Source of the DNA: Perkinsus chesapeaki ATCC PRA-425
Lineage: Eukaryota > Protista > Perkinsozoa
DNA length: 40,085 bases
Assembly (NCBI GenBank): GCA_013115145.1
Contig: JAAPAO010000319.1
Coordinates: forward strand, 1-40,085
Reading direction: 5' to 3'
Shown here: positions 23,101 to 34,929 of the stretch, in pieces
How the letters are laid out: each line of letters begins with the position of its first letter
How positions within the stretch are numbered: position 1 is the stretch's first letter
Notes under the pieces: generated by a model
Told to the model about the DNA's origin: nothing
Databases searched by the model: none
What the model saw: only the letters and a program-made list of their open reading frames with translations
Position numbers and translations under genes: made by a program

Positions 23101-24520
23101 GCGTTAGACTGGTGCCGAGCTTTATATGGCAACGTCGATGAAGCTGATAGTGGTTCTGTCACCTCGCCTGCCACTGTGGCAGGCTCTGGCAGTTCCACGG
23201 GTTTCTAATCTATCCTAACTTGGTCAGTGAGAACACACCACAGCACTACATTGCAGGTAATAAGAGACCTAACATCCACACTTAACAGGCCGGACTAAAG
23301 TCTAGTCACTGGCTTTGTCTACGGGAAAGGGGCGTTTGTAGCATGACACACTTGCGTAGGTAATGAGTCTAATCGTCAGCACTGCGCTCGGCTGCCTTCA
23401 GGCGTATGTGCATCGCGATGATTGGGAGATATCTCGTTCCAGGGTACGAACAGTCCATGACGAAGGAATGCTCTGAGGTTACTTCAGACTGCAACAACAA
23501 TTATATTATGCTTAGGGCACTCGCGAGTTCCCTTGCAGTTTGAGGATGCATGGCGGTCGAAGTTAGACTCTACTTCACTCACCCTTCAACGGTATCAAGC
23601 GATGGTCGCAGTGAACATGATTGGTTAGTCGAGTAGGTATGATCTATTAGGAATATTTCATGATTCCCCTTTGACTATGAATCTTCATCTTTGTCTGATA
23701 CCGAATTTCAGCCAGCAACTGTCCTTCGTCCTCTCGGCAACTCTGTCCTACGTCGCGAAGGGTCATTGTTCGAAGCACAATGTCTAACAATGAGTTGAAA
23801 GACGATAAGGGGACAATTGTTGCGATTGAATTTTCAAAAAACTGATATAAGGCTCTTGGCACCGTTTCAAATAACTGCTAGCAAGTGATTCCATTGTGCA
23901 CACGTCTACGTTGCTTAGTTTGAAAAGGGCAACGGTCGGCTCGCGTTCGAATCAAGAGGCTTGATTCTTACTACTGTTCTCTTAGAGTGTTTACTACTTA
24001 CTGGGTTCCCTGAGAAACACTAAGGGAGGCCCTCTGGCCCTTTTACTGTCCTGAAAGCGTGTGTTTCTATTGAGACAAGGACGAGTCTGCTTGCGACGCA
24101 GATGAGTTGCTGGTATCATTAGCTTACGTGCGAGTCAGCATTCAATTCCCATCCACTGTTGAGGAACTGAGTGAATCATTTCTTGCCTTGGAAGACGTGT
24201 AGCAGTGCGATACAAAACTCAAGTCCAAGATTGACACGGAGAACCTACATCACTTCATCTTAGGAACATCTATAGAAAGTTCATCAAGCGTCAGCACTCT
24301 TGCGATCTATGCAGCCTACGGAATGCTGCATACCATTACCAATTGACACATGGGCTCAGTTAGCCAAGAAGTTATAATTCTTAAATGGTAAGTAAGTATT
24401 GGTGGCGCTGAACTGAAGAACCGCTGACGGTCATCACGCGTGACGCAGAGCTCCTCGAAAAAATTATGCGACGAATAAGGATGGTGGTTGAACGATAATG
24501 GTTGTGACGAAGCCTGAACC
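20128..24520 (+). pseudogene. Zone of long stop- and frameshift-interrupted reading frames (decayed genes or mobile element, unidentified)
   Basis: Protein-like frames broken by stops at about 20218-20956, 21830-22722, 22784-23029 and 24080-24500; no clear short-intron structure and no recognisable domain. Confidence 0.3.
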
Positions 24521-24621
24521 AATAATATTGCATACAGAGGTGCTAGCTTATCATTGACAACAACTTATGAGCATTCACATAACATTTGTCGGCATGAGCT
24601 GCTGTGTGATGCCTGGTACTG

Positions 24622-27235
24622 CTAGGCGATCCACTTGCTCACAACTGCGGCTATTTTGTCTTCTATATGCCTGACAAAGTCTGTGTCACAACAATGACCA
24701 TAATACGCGGAAAGATAGCAGAAGACAATAGCTGCATCGTGATTGACACGGACATTTACACACTATGTGAAATATCTACAGCTAGTGATGGATAGAGCAT
24801 ATTGCGAATAGTCCAGTACTTACGGGATCTGCACCCGGCACCAAAAGCAATGTGACGCGTCTGACGCGTGAGATACTAAACTTGATAATGTTCACGAGGT
24901 CTTACCTTAATAACTTGAGTCCCCGGTCTTTCTTTAGTGATCCCGCTTGGATACCAAGGATCAGCGACACCATTGATCAATAAGATATTTTTAGCTCCAT
25001 GCAAGTCCTCCCCAACATATTCTCGTAGATGCTTAACGTTGCGACGTATCTTGGCATTCGTAAGCTCGTAAGAAATCCATACAATCTCTCACCTTATCTT
25101 TAGACAGCCCAAATCCTTCCTGACAGACCATCAGCCAAAAAGCGGCCCAATTCGTATTTGTATAGAACGGACATGTCCCTCTTTCGCATGCCGGCAAAAG
25201 CGCCCGATTGCCACATATGTAAAACAGGTCCATTCTCTCTGCACTTCTAACCTTCGAACTCTTCATCCTACCAGACACCAATATCTCCCGTTCGGCGTTC
25301 AACTTTCGCATCCACTTATAGAGTAGCTTACCTATTGATATAAGCTTTGACTTTATCACCTTTACATTCTCCAGGTGGTACGGGGTTATTCGTGTTGAAT
25401 ATGTCAGCCAGCTTATCGAGCGGGGACCCACTGAATGGAGAACACAAAAGCTTTTAAACTCCGACGAATAAAGCTCCTCCTTGCCTCCTGCTCGTGAGTC
25501 TGCCACAGACCTTCTTTATGTTATGGTAATTTGTCGTAAGGGAAGGATCGTTATTCTGTGGGTTCATTCCGAGAAGTGATCCCCCAATCGAGCTGAGAGG
25601 TCAGAGCTCGACAACCCACAGTGCTGCTTACCTGAATATCCGATCGTTCACATCCTCCAGATACCCGTCGCAAAATTGGAATTTCCTTTCGACTCCTCGG
25701 CGACCTTGGATCGTTTCCAAAGCTTGCGCATATTCTTAGTGAGCTTTGGTAAGCTATAATAATAGGTTGCAGTGTATTCGATAACATTCTTCGTAACTTA
25801 CCACATCCACACAGTTTGGACTACCTCCCAGGCGAGCGTTGGACAGTGCCTCCGACACATGAGGGTAGTACCTGGTCAGGATAATAATATATCCATATCG
25901 TGAGTACCATGAGTCGTACTGTATGGACCGTCCATACAGCTTGAAGCCTCGAATCGGATGATTTGAGATACAAGATTAAAAAGCGCATGATAATTGCATG
26001 GTGCAATATACACATGGCTCGCATGTAAGTTATACATTTGGATTATAAGCCAGTTGTGAAGCACGAGGAATTTAGAAGACACTGCTTGTCCAGCACTGCT
26101 GGTTTAAAGTTTGGAACACCGAGACTCAGAGGTTCTCCCGGTAACCCACCTATCATCTATGACCGTGATCTTAAATGGAGTTGAAGATGCGACAGCCCCA
26201 GCGAAGATTTCCGGATGTCTCTGACAGGCCAGAGCGGCTATCATCTGCAGGGACAGTCAAGTTTACATATTTGGCACGTCCGACTCAGACGATTCGAGCT
26301 GTACCCCTGTCAAGCTGCAGCCGAAGAGAACTATCTTTACGCCAGGTACCCTCAACCGTAAGTCGTTACCAAAGCGTACGACATCCTCGACCATCTGTTT
26401 GACTGTCAGCAGCTTCTTGAGTGTTCCGGTGGAATATTCACCCGTGGGAAAACTGGTGCCAGAATATCTGTACTTTAGATTTCAGCAGGACTCTTATAAA
26501 ACTAGAGGCTCGTTTAAGCCTTTCTAACCTATTCTCCATTACAACCATAGCCGCTTTGATTTGGTCCGCTGGCTCAAAAATATCACATATCTGGGCTCTG
26601 TCCAGGCCCACCACGGTGATACGCACAAGGAAGATCTGACAGTAGTTCTCCCACTGGACCAAAACATCAGTCAAACTTACCGGTTTTCTCTTATCGTAAA
26701 AGTCAAAGGATTGTTTATACTGCTGAGCAAATATACCGGCCTCCATACCTAAAAGAAATCCTCATCTTACGCTTTATTTAAAAAGGCTTCGGGGATAACT
26801 TGCCAGCAATCTTGTCCCCCTAGTTGACTGCAAACTGAAATTCTAGAATGGGAGAAATACACTTCATGCGTATCTTTGCGGTAGGCATGGTATAGACACA
26901 CCTTATTTACCATGCTCCGCAGCCTGTAGGGAACCAAAGCTTTTGAAGGTGCGCTTGCCGAAATATCCTATTTCGATTCACCTTTAGAGTGATCAACAAG
27001 TTGTGGATACGATAACTTATCCCAGTGAATCAACTGCAAATTGCTTCCATGCCCCGGAGAACCGTATCTGGCAGATGGGCGATTTGTATTATATAGACCC
27101 TACCGAGCTGTTAGAGAAGCTAGGAAGATGTAATTATATTTTTAGTTCTCACCTGTCCTGGCTGTCCAGGAATGCCGTCGAATTTTGTGAAGCTCCACAC
27201 CAGTTAAGGTAGCCAAGGAGAACAATGGTTATCAT
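24622..27235 (-). pseudogene. Secreted S28 (prolylcarboxypeptidase-like) serine protease with an in-frame TAA; probable recent pseudogene or sequence error
   Basis: Signal-like MITIVLLGYLNWCGA, QLVDH, MENR/YSGTS, nucleophile FGCSLTG, GAVASSTP, NGVADPW, ASHC, C-terminal SKWIA*; premature TAA at 25736-25738. Confidence 0.8.
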
Positions 27236-27415
27236 GCTTTTGGTCCAGGAGGGGAAACGACTGGGTATTCGACTGGTTCATCAGGCACCAGCGCATGTAC
27301 GTACGCGTGTCTCATAAAAGTGGATAACTTTTGGGTGCCTTGCCAAGTCTGGGCAGTGGCGCGGCGCATACGCGTGAGCGTGTTCTGCCAAGAGTACCTG
27401 CCGATCAGTATTCCT

Positions 27416-27990
27416 GAACCAAGGCATATTGAGAACACGGCTCGAGTTCGACTGTGCGCAGGTAGAACGTCGCTGAGAATATAAACTTAAATTGCCAGTA
27501 CCGCGGCGATAGCCTCGCCTCAGTGCCCAATCCCAAGACTTTAGTCGTCGTGGCTCATAGGGCTCCATCTGAAGTTTCGCCACTTTGTGGAGCCCTGATT
27601 CCGTAGTCATGGCCTTCGCGATATCTACAGCAGAAGACGAGCATTTTATACTTGGATTTATCATGTCTGGTTACCTTATTGATGGGGGTCGCGCAGCCAC
27701 TGGTAAATAGGCTCCATGCTGTTGTAGACGGCGGCAGGCGCCGCGCCCGCTGAGGAATGACTAGGTGTACATGCGGTCCTTCAAGAAGCAGGTCGCCCTT
27801 CATTGATACTTGGTTTAACGGTTAAACTGACACATCAAGCGCATAAAGTCTCAGCTCTGGTTCTCCCAAAGTTCGGCACTGTACCTACAGAGAATGGAAG
27901 TCCTCTAGATGTATCTAGCTCCTCCACGATATGGTGTGTGCGCGCCACAATTTGATCATGCTGCGCGAAGGTAATGTTAGACACTGATGC
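27416..27990 (-). CDS. Possible short multi-exon hypothetical gene upstream of the S28 gene
   Basis: Open exon-like blocks (SNITFAQHDQ..., DIAKAMTTESGLHKVAK...) flanked by GT/AG; structure unresolved. Confidence 0.25.
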
Positions 27991-28965
27991 TATTGCTCGC
28001 TAATAAGCACGGCACTACTTTAGTCGCCGTCGTATAACTGTGACAGTTATTGTATAGGTATTAAACCGTGTCGTAAAATCGACATTCTTACTAAACTGTT
28101 GTGCTATGATCTTGAGCCATAGGTTCGCCGAAGAAGGATTATAAATAGTCTCGAAAGATCCTATTTCTCCTGGCAGAATTCACTTGCACTGCCAGCGGAC
28201 TGTGAACAACTGCCAAACCCCAATGGCTGCCTCAGAGGGGCGACACCATTTTCATCTCTGGGATTCGAGGTATTCGGTCTTGCCAATCCGCTTCGTTCAA
28301 TCAGACTCTACGAAATGAGCTCAGTAAGGCTATAATAGCCTGGCGGTTCAGTGCTTCTAATCTCCATTCCGAAAGCCTTTTAAATATAGCTTCTTAGTGG
28401 AACTTGCGAACGCCGCACGCATCGACTCACACACTGTTATTTGACCAAGGCCTGTTCTGGACCACAAAAGAAGGCCGAGAGTGTGGTCGATTCGGTTTTC
28501 CTAAACCGAATATTAGCTGTGAGCAATCTTCCTCCGCCCCACAGCAATTAAAGTTGGTATCACGAGGCGGAACATCCAGGCCCGGACAAAAGAGCTGTGC
28601 GTTCAGTGGAGCAGTATCCTGATAAGCTGTAACAACTCACCGTTGTGCTCATCAGCAGAGCATGGGGTGAGACACATCTGAGACGTTCAACGTCTGTACA
28701 GAGCGTTTCTTTGCACCGGCAGGTCGAGCTCAACTTTAAGGCTTTCCTGAAGTGCTATCATGCCCCAGCAGGGATTGAATAACTGATTAAAACCGAACTC
28801 CTCACTATGGACAATAAATAGTGTCCACAATCACATGCATAAATCAGCTCCTAATCGACATGTATTCCGAAAAATGTTGTAACTGTTCGTATTACTTATA
28901 AACTCTTGTAACTCCAGCAAGAATTTCTTATATAGCAAAGATATTTAACGACCAAGAACTCTAGT

Positions 28966-30117
28966 CTATGGGAGCACTAAACTCCTAGACCGTTGTCCCG
29001 CGCTGGGTCTATCATCGATAAGTTTTGGGTTTGCCAGAGCGATGCCGATCTGGCGTGCATCCCATTGATAGTGTAAGTTGTAGTGACGAAGCAGGGTGAG
29101 CCCGACTGCAGTGGGGCCGCGAGATTCCTTGATCATAAGGGTGCAGCTGCGGCCCCCTCGCGTTTCGAGGACGTACAGCTCGCTTGGTACTGTTACATTG
29201 ACATCAGTATCGGATTTGCCTCGCAATACAAGCTTGATCGAAGGGAGGTAAACGCGGTCACTACAGCTTTGTAGTTTATGAGACGACGCAGGGCTAAAAT
29301 TCAGTACCAAGTCTCGACCAGCAGCCTTGAGCCTTGCTTGAATGGCCTTGAGTATTGGGGCAATCACCTTAAGGCTGCCGAATAGCGAGTTTGCCCCACT
29401 GTCTATCAATATAGGACGAGACGTGGATGACATCTCTCCCCCCACTTCAACGCCTTTCAGATCAATGGTCCAGGTCTTCGCCCCTACTGTTAGCGGAACT
29501 TGTAGGAATGGCTCTTGATACTCTGTGGTATCCTTTCCACCAATAATAAGCTCACCTTCATCCATGTTTTCTGGCTGAAAGTAAATTGAAAACTCTCTCC
29601 TAGTGATAACACCCTTATCTAGAAGCTGATCTAATAAAGGAGCGTGATCTCCGTCCTCAGGTCGAGGCGCAAGTCCCAGTGTTGCATGAGGGGGTAGCCC
29701 GAAGGTAGAGTAGTGTCTAACTATACCGAAGTCGACCTCTGGAATCTCGTCTCCTCCAAGCGTGAAGGTACCTTTGTGGTAAACCATATCCACGCGAGAC
29801 TTATCTTGGAATACGACCGACGTCCAATAACCTTCGTGAGGTTCAAGCTTGCCATGATAAGAGCCATAAATCAGTTTACCACAGGGTTCGCCATCGCAGA
29901 TTGATTGGTCCGAAAGGACAAAAGTATCACCTGCCCCAGTGTCTATCATAAGATTTAGGTCCTGACCGTCCGCTTGAATCAGTACAGTAATTTCATCGGT
30001 GACCACCTTCCACTTCACAATCCTCCTCGACATTGGTAGGCGCAAAAGTGTACCACCAGAGCTTTCTATACATAGCAACCACAAAGGAAAGAGTCGTTCC
30101 AGTAGTGGTGGTGACAT
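28966..30117 (-). CDS. Intronless pepsin-like (A1) aspartic protease, copy 1
   Basis: 383 aa; hydrophobic N-terminus, LMIDTGAG, LGLAP, FSIY, GELIIGG, LIDSGA, VGLTLLRHYNLHY. Confidence 0.93.
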   Translation of the reverse strand: MSPPLLERLFPLWLLCIESSGGTLLRLPMSRRIVKWKVVTDEITVLIQADGQDLNLMIDTGAGDTFVLSDQSICDGEPCGKLIYGSYHGKLEPHEGYWTSVVFQDKSRVDMVYHKGTFTLGGDEIPEVDFGIVRHYSTFGLPPHATLGLAPRPEDGDHAPLLDQLLDKGVITRREFSIYFQPENMDEGELIIGGKDTTEYQEPFLQVPLTVGAKTWTIDLKGVEVGGEMSSTSRPILIDSGANSLFGSLKVIAPILKAIQARLKAAGRDLVLNFSPASSHKLQSCSDRVYLPSIKLVLRGKSDTDVNVTVPSELYVLETRGGRSCTLMIKESRGPTAVGLTLLRHYNLHYQWDARQIGIALANPKLIDDRPSAGQRSRSLVLP

Positions 30118-30844
30118 TATATTACTTCAGGCTGTGTTATGCCAAAATGTACGGTACTAAACAATCGCAAGTTGTAGCCAAAGTTAGCCGAAGTTCCAAT
30201 CTCGTGCCGACGAGACGAGACGAGAAAAGGGCTCTGGTGTATTCAGAGGCGCCCGAGACACGCACCGAGAGTGGCTACATGCCGCGTGCTGGCCTCTGGA
30301 GAGGCTCGAACAGGTAAGATAACCTTGAGATATGCTTGGTATAAACGCATGTGGAAAACAATTTGTTTCATGGCACAAAATTGGCTAACAACATTCGACA
30401 TTAAACATTTCTCCCTGAAACTGTTGTGGTATATGATACTGGCTGAACAGAGCCCCTAAGGGATAAAAGACTCGGATTTTGTTGAGTGACGAAGGTCTAT
30501 CTCACTTGTCGAAGCGCTGTGCACGCAATCGAGAGATTGCTGAGGTGCGAAGTTAAGAAACGTGTACAAACGAAGAGCAGGCACGCTCAAAACTTAAGGT
30601 GTACAGAGGACATTGAGCTTGCTATCCATCTTTTCAAGTCTTCCCGAGTAATTACTCGTTTGCCGAAGATCGACGAGCTTCGCGGAGTCGTTGCGCCAAA
30701 AACCGCTGAGTATTGATTCTCACTGAACTCATCGCTTCTCAGTTTGAATTGTCCTAATACCCCAGGAACTGGTCTTTCCAATGTCGCATACGTATTCAGA
30801 ATACGATATTGTTCATTCAGGCTCCATTCTCCTATTTCATGATC

Positions 30845-32041
30845 CTATGCGTCCGGAAAGGTCCGGACCTTCGATGGCTGTGATTTTCTTACTCTTCTCC
30901 TCAACCGCCTAAAAGTGGGTTTTGCTTTTGTCAAAGCGATACCGATCTGACGTTTCTCGGCTTGGTAATGCAAATAATATTGACGAAGCAGACCAAGCCC
31001 GACTACGAACATTCCGGGCAACTCTACGATTAGAATGGAGCATCTCCCACCCCCTGGCCATTCTAAGACGTACAGATCTTTCAGTATCGTCACGTTGACA
31101 GCATCGTCTGATTCCCCTCTCAAGGCAAGGTTGATGGCTGGGAGATAGTCTCGATCACTGCAGCTTTGTAATTCATGATACCCAGAAGGTCTCGATAACA
31201 TATACCGACCAGCAGCATTGAGGCTCGCATTGATGGCTTCGAGTATCGGGCCGGTTACTTCCCGTGGGGCGTAGAGGGAGGTGGCACCGCTATCTATCTC
31301 AGCTGAGTAGGAAGTATAGGGCAAGTTAATATGCTGGCCCGCCACTTCGACCCTCCTCAGATCAACGCTCCATGCATTCGTCCCAACCGTTAGTGGGACG
31401 TGTGCCAATGGTTCTTGGTACCTGGTGGTATCTTCTCCACCAATAATCAGTTCACCCTCATCCATATTTTTGGGTTCAAAGTAAATCGAAAACTTTTTTC
31501 CAGTGATAATGCCTTTATCTACAAGTTGGTCTAATATGGGAACGAAATCGCTATCGTTATCTTCGTCGATATCTTCTGATCTTAGTCTGAGTCCCAGTGA
31601 CGCATGAGGCGGTAGCCCGTTGGTAGAATAGTCTTTTACTATACCGAAGTCAACGTCCGAAACTCTAACTCCACCTAGCTCCAGCTCACCCTTGTGGTGG
31701 ACAATAGACGTGCTGCTATCATCTCCGAAGACAACCTCCGTGGATTCGCGATCGCAAACGGCAAGCTCGCATTGATAGCAGCCAAAAACCGATCCACCAC
31801 AGGGCTTTCCATCGCATCTCGACTGGTTCGATAGGAGAAAAGTCGTGTCTGTCCCAGTGTCCATCATGAGGTTCAATGTCTGGTTGTCGGCTCGAATCGG
31901 CACAATCATTGAGACAGTGAAGATGTTCTCCCATGTAATAAACGTTTGCGAGATTGGCAGCCTCAAGAGTGTGCCATCGATACTCCCTAGGCATAGCAAC
32001 CATAAAGCAGAAAGTTGTTTCTGTCCAGCTGATGGCTTCAT
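30845..32041 (-). CDS. Intronless pepsin-like (A1) aspartic protease, copy 2 (start taken at MKPSAG)
   Basis: MMDTGTD, FSIY, GELIIGG, EIDSGAT, VVGLGLLRQYYLHY; colinear paralog of copy 1. Confidence 0.93.
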   Translation of the reverse strand: MKPSAGQKQLSALWLLCLGSIDGTLLRLPISQTFITWENIFTVSMIVPIRADNQTLNLMMDTGTDTTFLLSNQSRCDGKPCGGSVFGCYQCELAVCDRESTEVVFGDDSSTSIVHHKGELELGGVRVSDVDFGIVKDYSTNGLPPHASLGLRLRSEDIDEDNDSDFVPILDQLVDKGIITGKKFSIYFEPKNMDEGELIIGGEDTTRYQEPLAHVPLTVGTNAWSVDLRRVEVAGQHINLPYTSYSAEIDSGATSLYAPREVTGPILEAINASLNAAGRYMLSRPSGYHELQSCSDRDYLPAINLALRGESDDAVNVTILKDLYVLEWPGGGRCSILIVELPGMFVVGLGLLRQYYLHYQAEKRQIGIALTKAKPTFRRLRRRVRKSQPSKVRTFPDA

Positions 32042-32656
32042 ACTTGAGCTTCGTGTTGCGCGTGAGTACAAAACACAAATGAACGGCTTTACCTTCCCCC
32101 GATGAGACGAGACATAACACGGCCAGTGACCGTCGGCCACTTGTGCCCTAGGAAAAGACCTTTTCCAGAAGTTTCGCCACCATCCTATTGGGCATGATCA
32201 AAGAAGGACGAGGGCTTGAGCTATGTTCAGGATGGATATTGAACCGAGTCTTTTTTTCGGAGAGTTTCAGGGAAATATCGCAAATCGTGTCTCGTCTCGT
32301 CGGTGACGTGATGGGGACGACCTTTCGCCTCCTTCTCTGCTGGGCTAGTCCCTATACGAACTCCGGATAGCGCGGCCGGGATCTTCGTCATTGAGAAGGT
32401 ATCATATTTATTCGAAAACCAGCGGTTCTTTCCAGTACGTCGCGCCTGGGTGAGTCTTGATACACGCTAGGAGCATGTGAATTAAAAGATCTTCCATTCA
32501 CGTTACCTCTGCGACTTTTCGCGCCATCCAGTCCTTCCGGAGCACAGATAGCACACTTCTTACTCTTACGTACAGATAGCCTATACGGAGCAGCCCGTCT
32601 AAAGACGGGCTCAAGTGAAAGGAAATGTCATCTACAACTTCCCTTTTTTGTAGCTC

Positions 32657-33866
32657 ATGCTCTCATATTCCTATGTCCACTTGTTCCTGGCATTTTCGCC
32701 TATACAAAGCATCTATTATCGGAACTACCACAAAGCTGACGTGTTTTACGATACCACAATGCGCTTTCTGTTCACCTCGTTATGTGAGCAGGCAGTAGGG
32801 ATTCCCTGTCGTGTTGCGGTTGACCGAATCGGTGGGCGAGAGGTGAGCTGGGACACGCACGTCTGTCTACTTTCGGGCCTAAAAGGCTGAGTCAGCTACA
32901 ACATGCCTGCTATGAACATATATCCTGTCTTGCAGCGCGTCGTTGGTTGCCTTTGGATGAAGATCCCTCACGAGTTGGATGGGCCAGAGGAAGAGTTGGT
33001 CAGGGCGCATGTGTACGTAGCATCGCACTGCGGGTTGTTACACTCAACGACTCGTGAAGAGTCCAAGCGCTGACGTCCGATCCGCCCCATCTCGACAGTC
33101 GCGCTATACAACTGAGATCCTCTATCAGGTCAGTTCCGAAAAGGCATGGTGTATTTGGCTCTATACAATATGTAAGCTGTGGGCACCGATATTGTCAAGA
33201 TTAGCAATCTTCGAGGCGTGATTAAGACTTGCCGTTGGCTTCGTATGAACGAATGGCTTCAGGAGTATCGCTCGGTGCAGGACATAATACACTCCCATCT
33301 TCACTAACTGACACGTCGAATTATTATATCGCGCCCCGATCTCGATCGGAGTTAGTACTTCCAAGTTCGTACCTGCTCTTAGGTCGAGGTTGCAGGGCCT
33401 TTCAAGGAAAAAGGGATTGGAGCTGAGCTCGTAAAGTATGCTATCGACTATGTAAGAGTGTTAGCACGCTCAGCGCATATCAACAAGGTGTTTCGCTCGC
33501 TTCAAAACCAAGGTGCGATTTGCCGCTTTTCGAGGATTTAGAAACAACTAATATGGCGGGTTAATCAACGAGTACCCTGGTTATCATATCTAAGATGAAA
33601 GTTCTTTACAGTGCTATTCAACCAGTGTTCGTTTTAGGGCAAGGAGATGTCAGATGTTCTCGCGATCACTTTGCGCACGAACCCAACAGGGTTTATGGCT
33701 CAGAAGTACAAGAAAATGGGATTTATCCAGCTTACTGGTGAGCTTTGCTTGCTCTGGCTTGAACCAGCGACTTGAACCACGAGAGGGAACTCTGGACCAC
33801 TTTGCTTTTTTAGAGGATCGAAGAAACCCACTCGCTCTCTTCGCTTTGTACTATGATCGAAGTTGA
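32657..33866 (+). CDS. GNAT-family N-acetyltransferase, multi-exon (start approximate)
   Basis: RVVGCLW, acetyl-CoA motif FQGKGIGAELVKY, AQKYKKMGF, ends LYYDRS* at 33866. Confidence 0.75.
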
Positions 33867-34234
33867 ATGAACACATGTACTTCATCACACCTTGCTTGTT
33901 CGCTGAGTGTGCAGGTCAATGTGGATCCTTTCAGCCCATTGCTTCCCCATTGCTGTCATTGACCACTTTCAGACTTGAGTTCAAAAGGACCACAACATAT
34001 TCGAAGTGTCTTTGGCCGAAGTCTTGCTAGATTCCTTCACAGTCTCTTTCTCGTGTATAAGGAAATGCTACGACCTTAATCGCACTTTACGAGTTTACTA
34101 ACGCAATGCATGCCATTCGTTATTGTGCAACTTCATTTCAAAAAAACTCAAATCGTGGCGGCGCCGTGCAATGATAAAAATACAAACTTATCAAATATGA
34201 TCATTCACCATCCTGTCGGACATGCAGTTCACAA

Positions 34235-34889
34235 TTACCCTAGTGTGTTTTCGCTGCTGTACGTGACATACCTAGCCACACAGACTTCGGAAGGAACGCA
34301 GACGAGTGCGACGATTACAGGAAACCGTCTTCGTCTTTGAACTTTTCGTAAAGTTCGTTCATCGTGTCGCCTAAACAACAATGTTAAGCCGTTGATGAGA
34401 ACACTCGTATGCCACCTGTTTTAGGGACCACGTTCTTCCCGACGAAAATGTATATTGTCTCATTCGAAGAGTGCTTCACAGTCGATCCTAAACGAGATGA
34501 ATCCTAGCGGGTGCGCAATGGTCCGCCTTGCCTTCGCCGCTCTCGTCAGGCTGCGCGTCCGCGTCGGGCCTGAAAATGCTTTTATGCACAATGTATTTGA
34601 ATTCGCCGCAAAGCATGTTGCCCGGCACTAAGAACTTTTGCTTCTCGATATCAGGCAACTCGGTTCTCTCATGTCTGAATGCATTCAATGATGATGCTCT
34701 GCGACAACACTTCTCAGCAGCCCACTTCTCAGCGATCACAGGGATCCTCTCGGGGTACTTCTGCAGGATTTTCTTAGACTCACTCCTGCGCTTCTCTGAG
34801 ACAGCTAACTGCAGTAAGCATCAAGGTTTCGGTTGCCCACCTAAAGAGTGTTTGTTGCGGTACGAACTAGCTCGTGGCGATGACGACAT
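34235..34889 (-). CDS. ATG8: Atg8 ubiquitin-like autophagy protein, apicomplexan type, five introns
   Basis: [57 protein letters not shown]. Confidence 0.95.
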
Positions 34890-34929
34890 GCCAAAACTAT
34901 CACAACTGTTTTTCTAGTTCGTTATGTGA

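Noticed and set aside
24030-24060. U5 snRNA loop-like CCTTTTAC
   Set aside because: No closing stem and no Sm site.
25736-25738. Stop-codon reassignment as the explanation for in-frame stops
   Set aside because: Well-supported genes here terminate with TAA, TAG and TGA and contain no internal stops.
28095-28125. Relic spliced leader (TGGCTCAAG on minus; also partial matches near 12519, 20748, 32607 and 36192)
   Set aside because: Only 8-12 nt partial matches, none positioned just upstream of a start codon.
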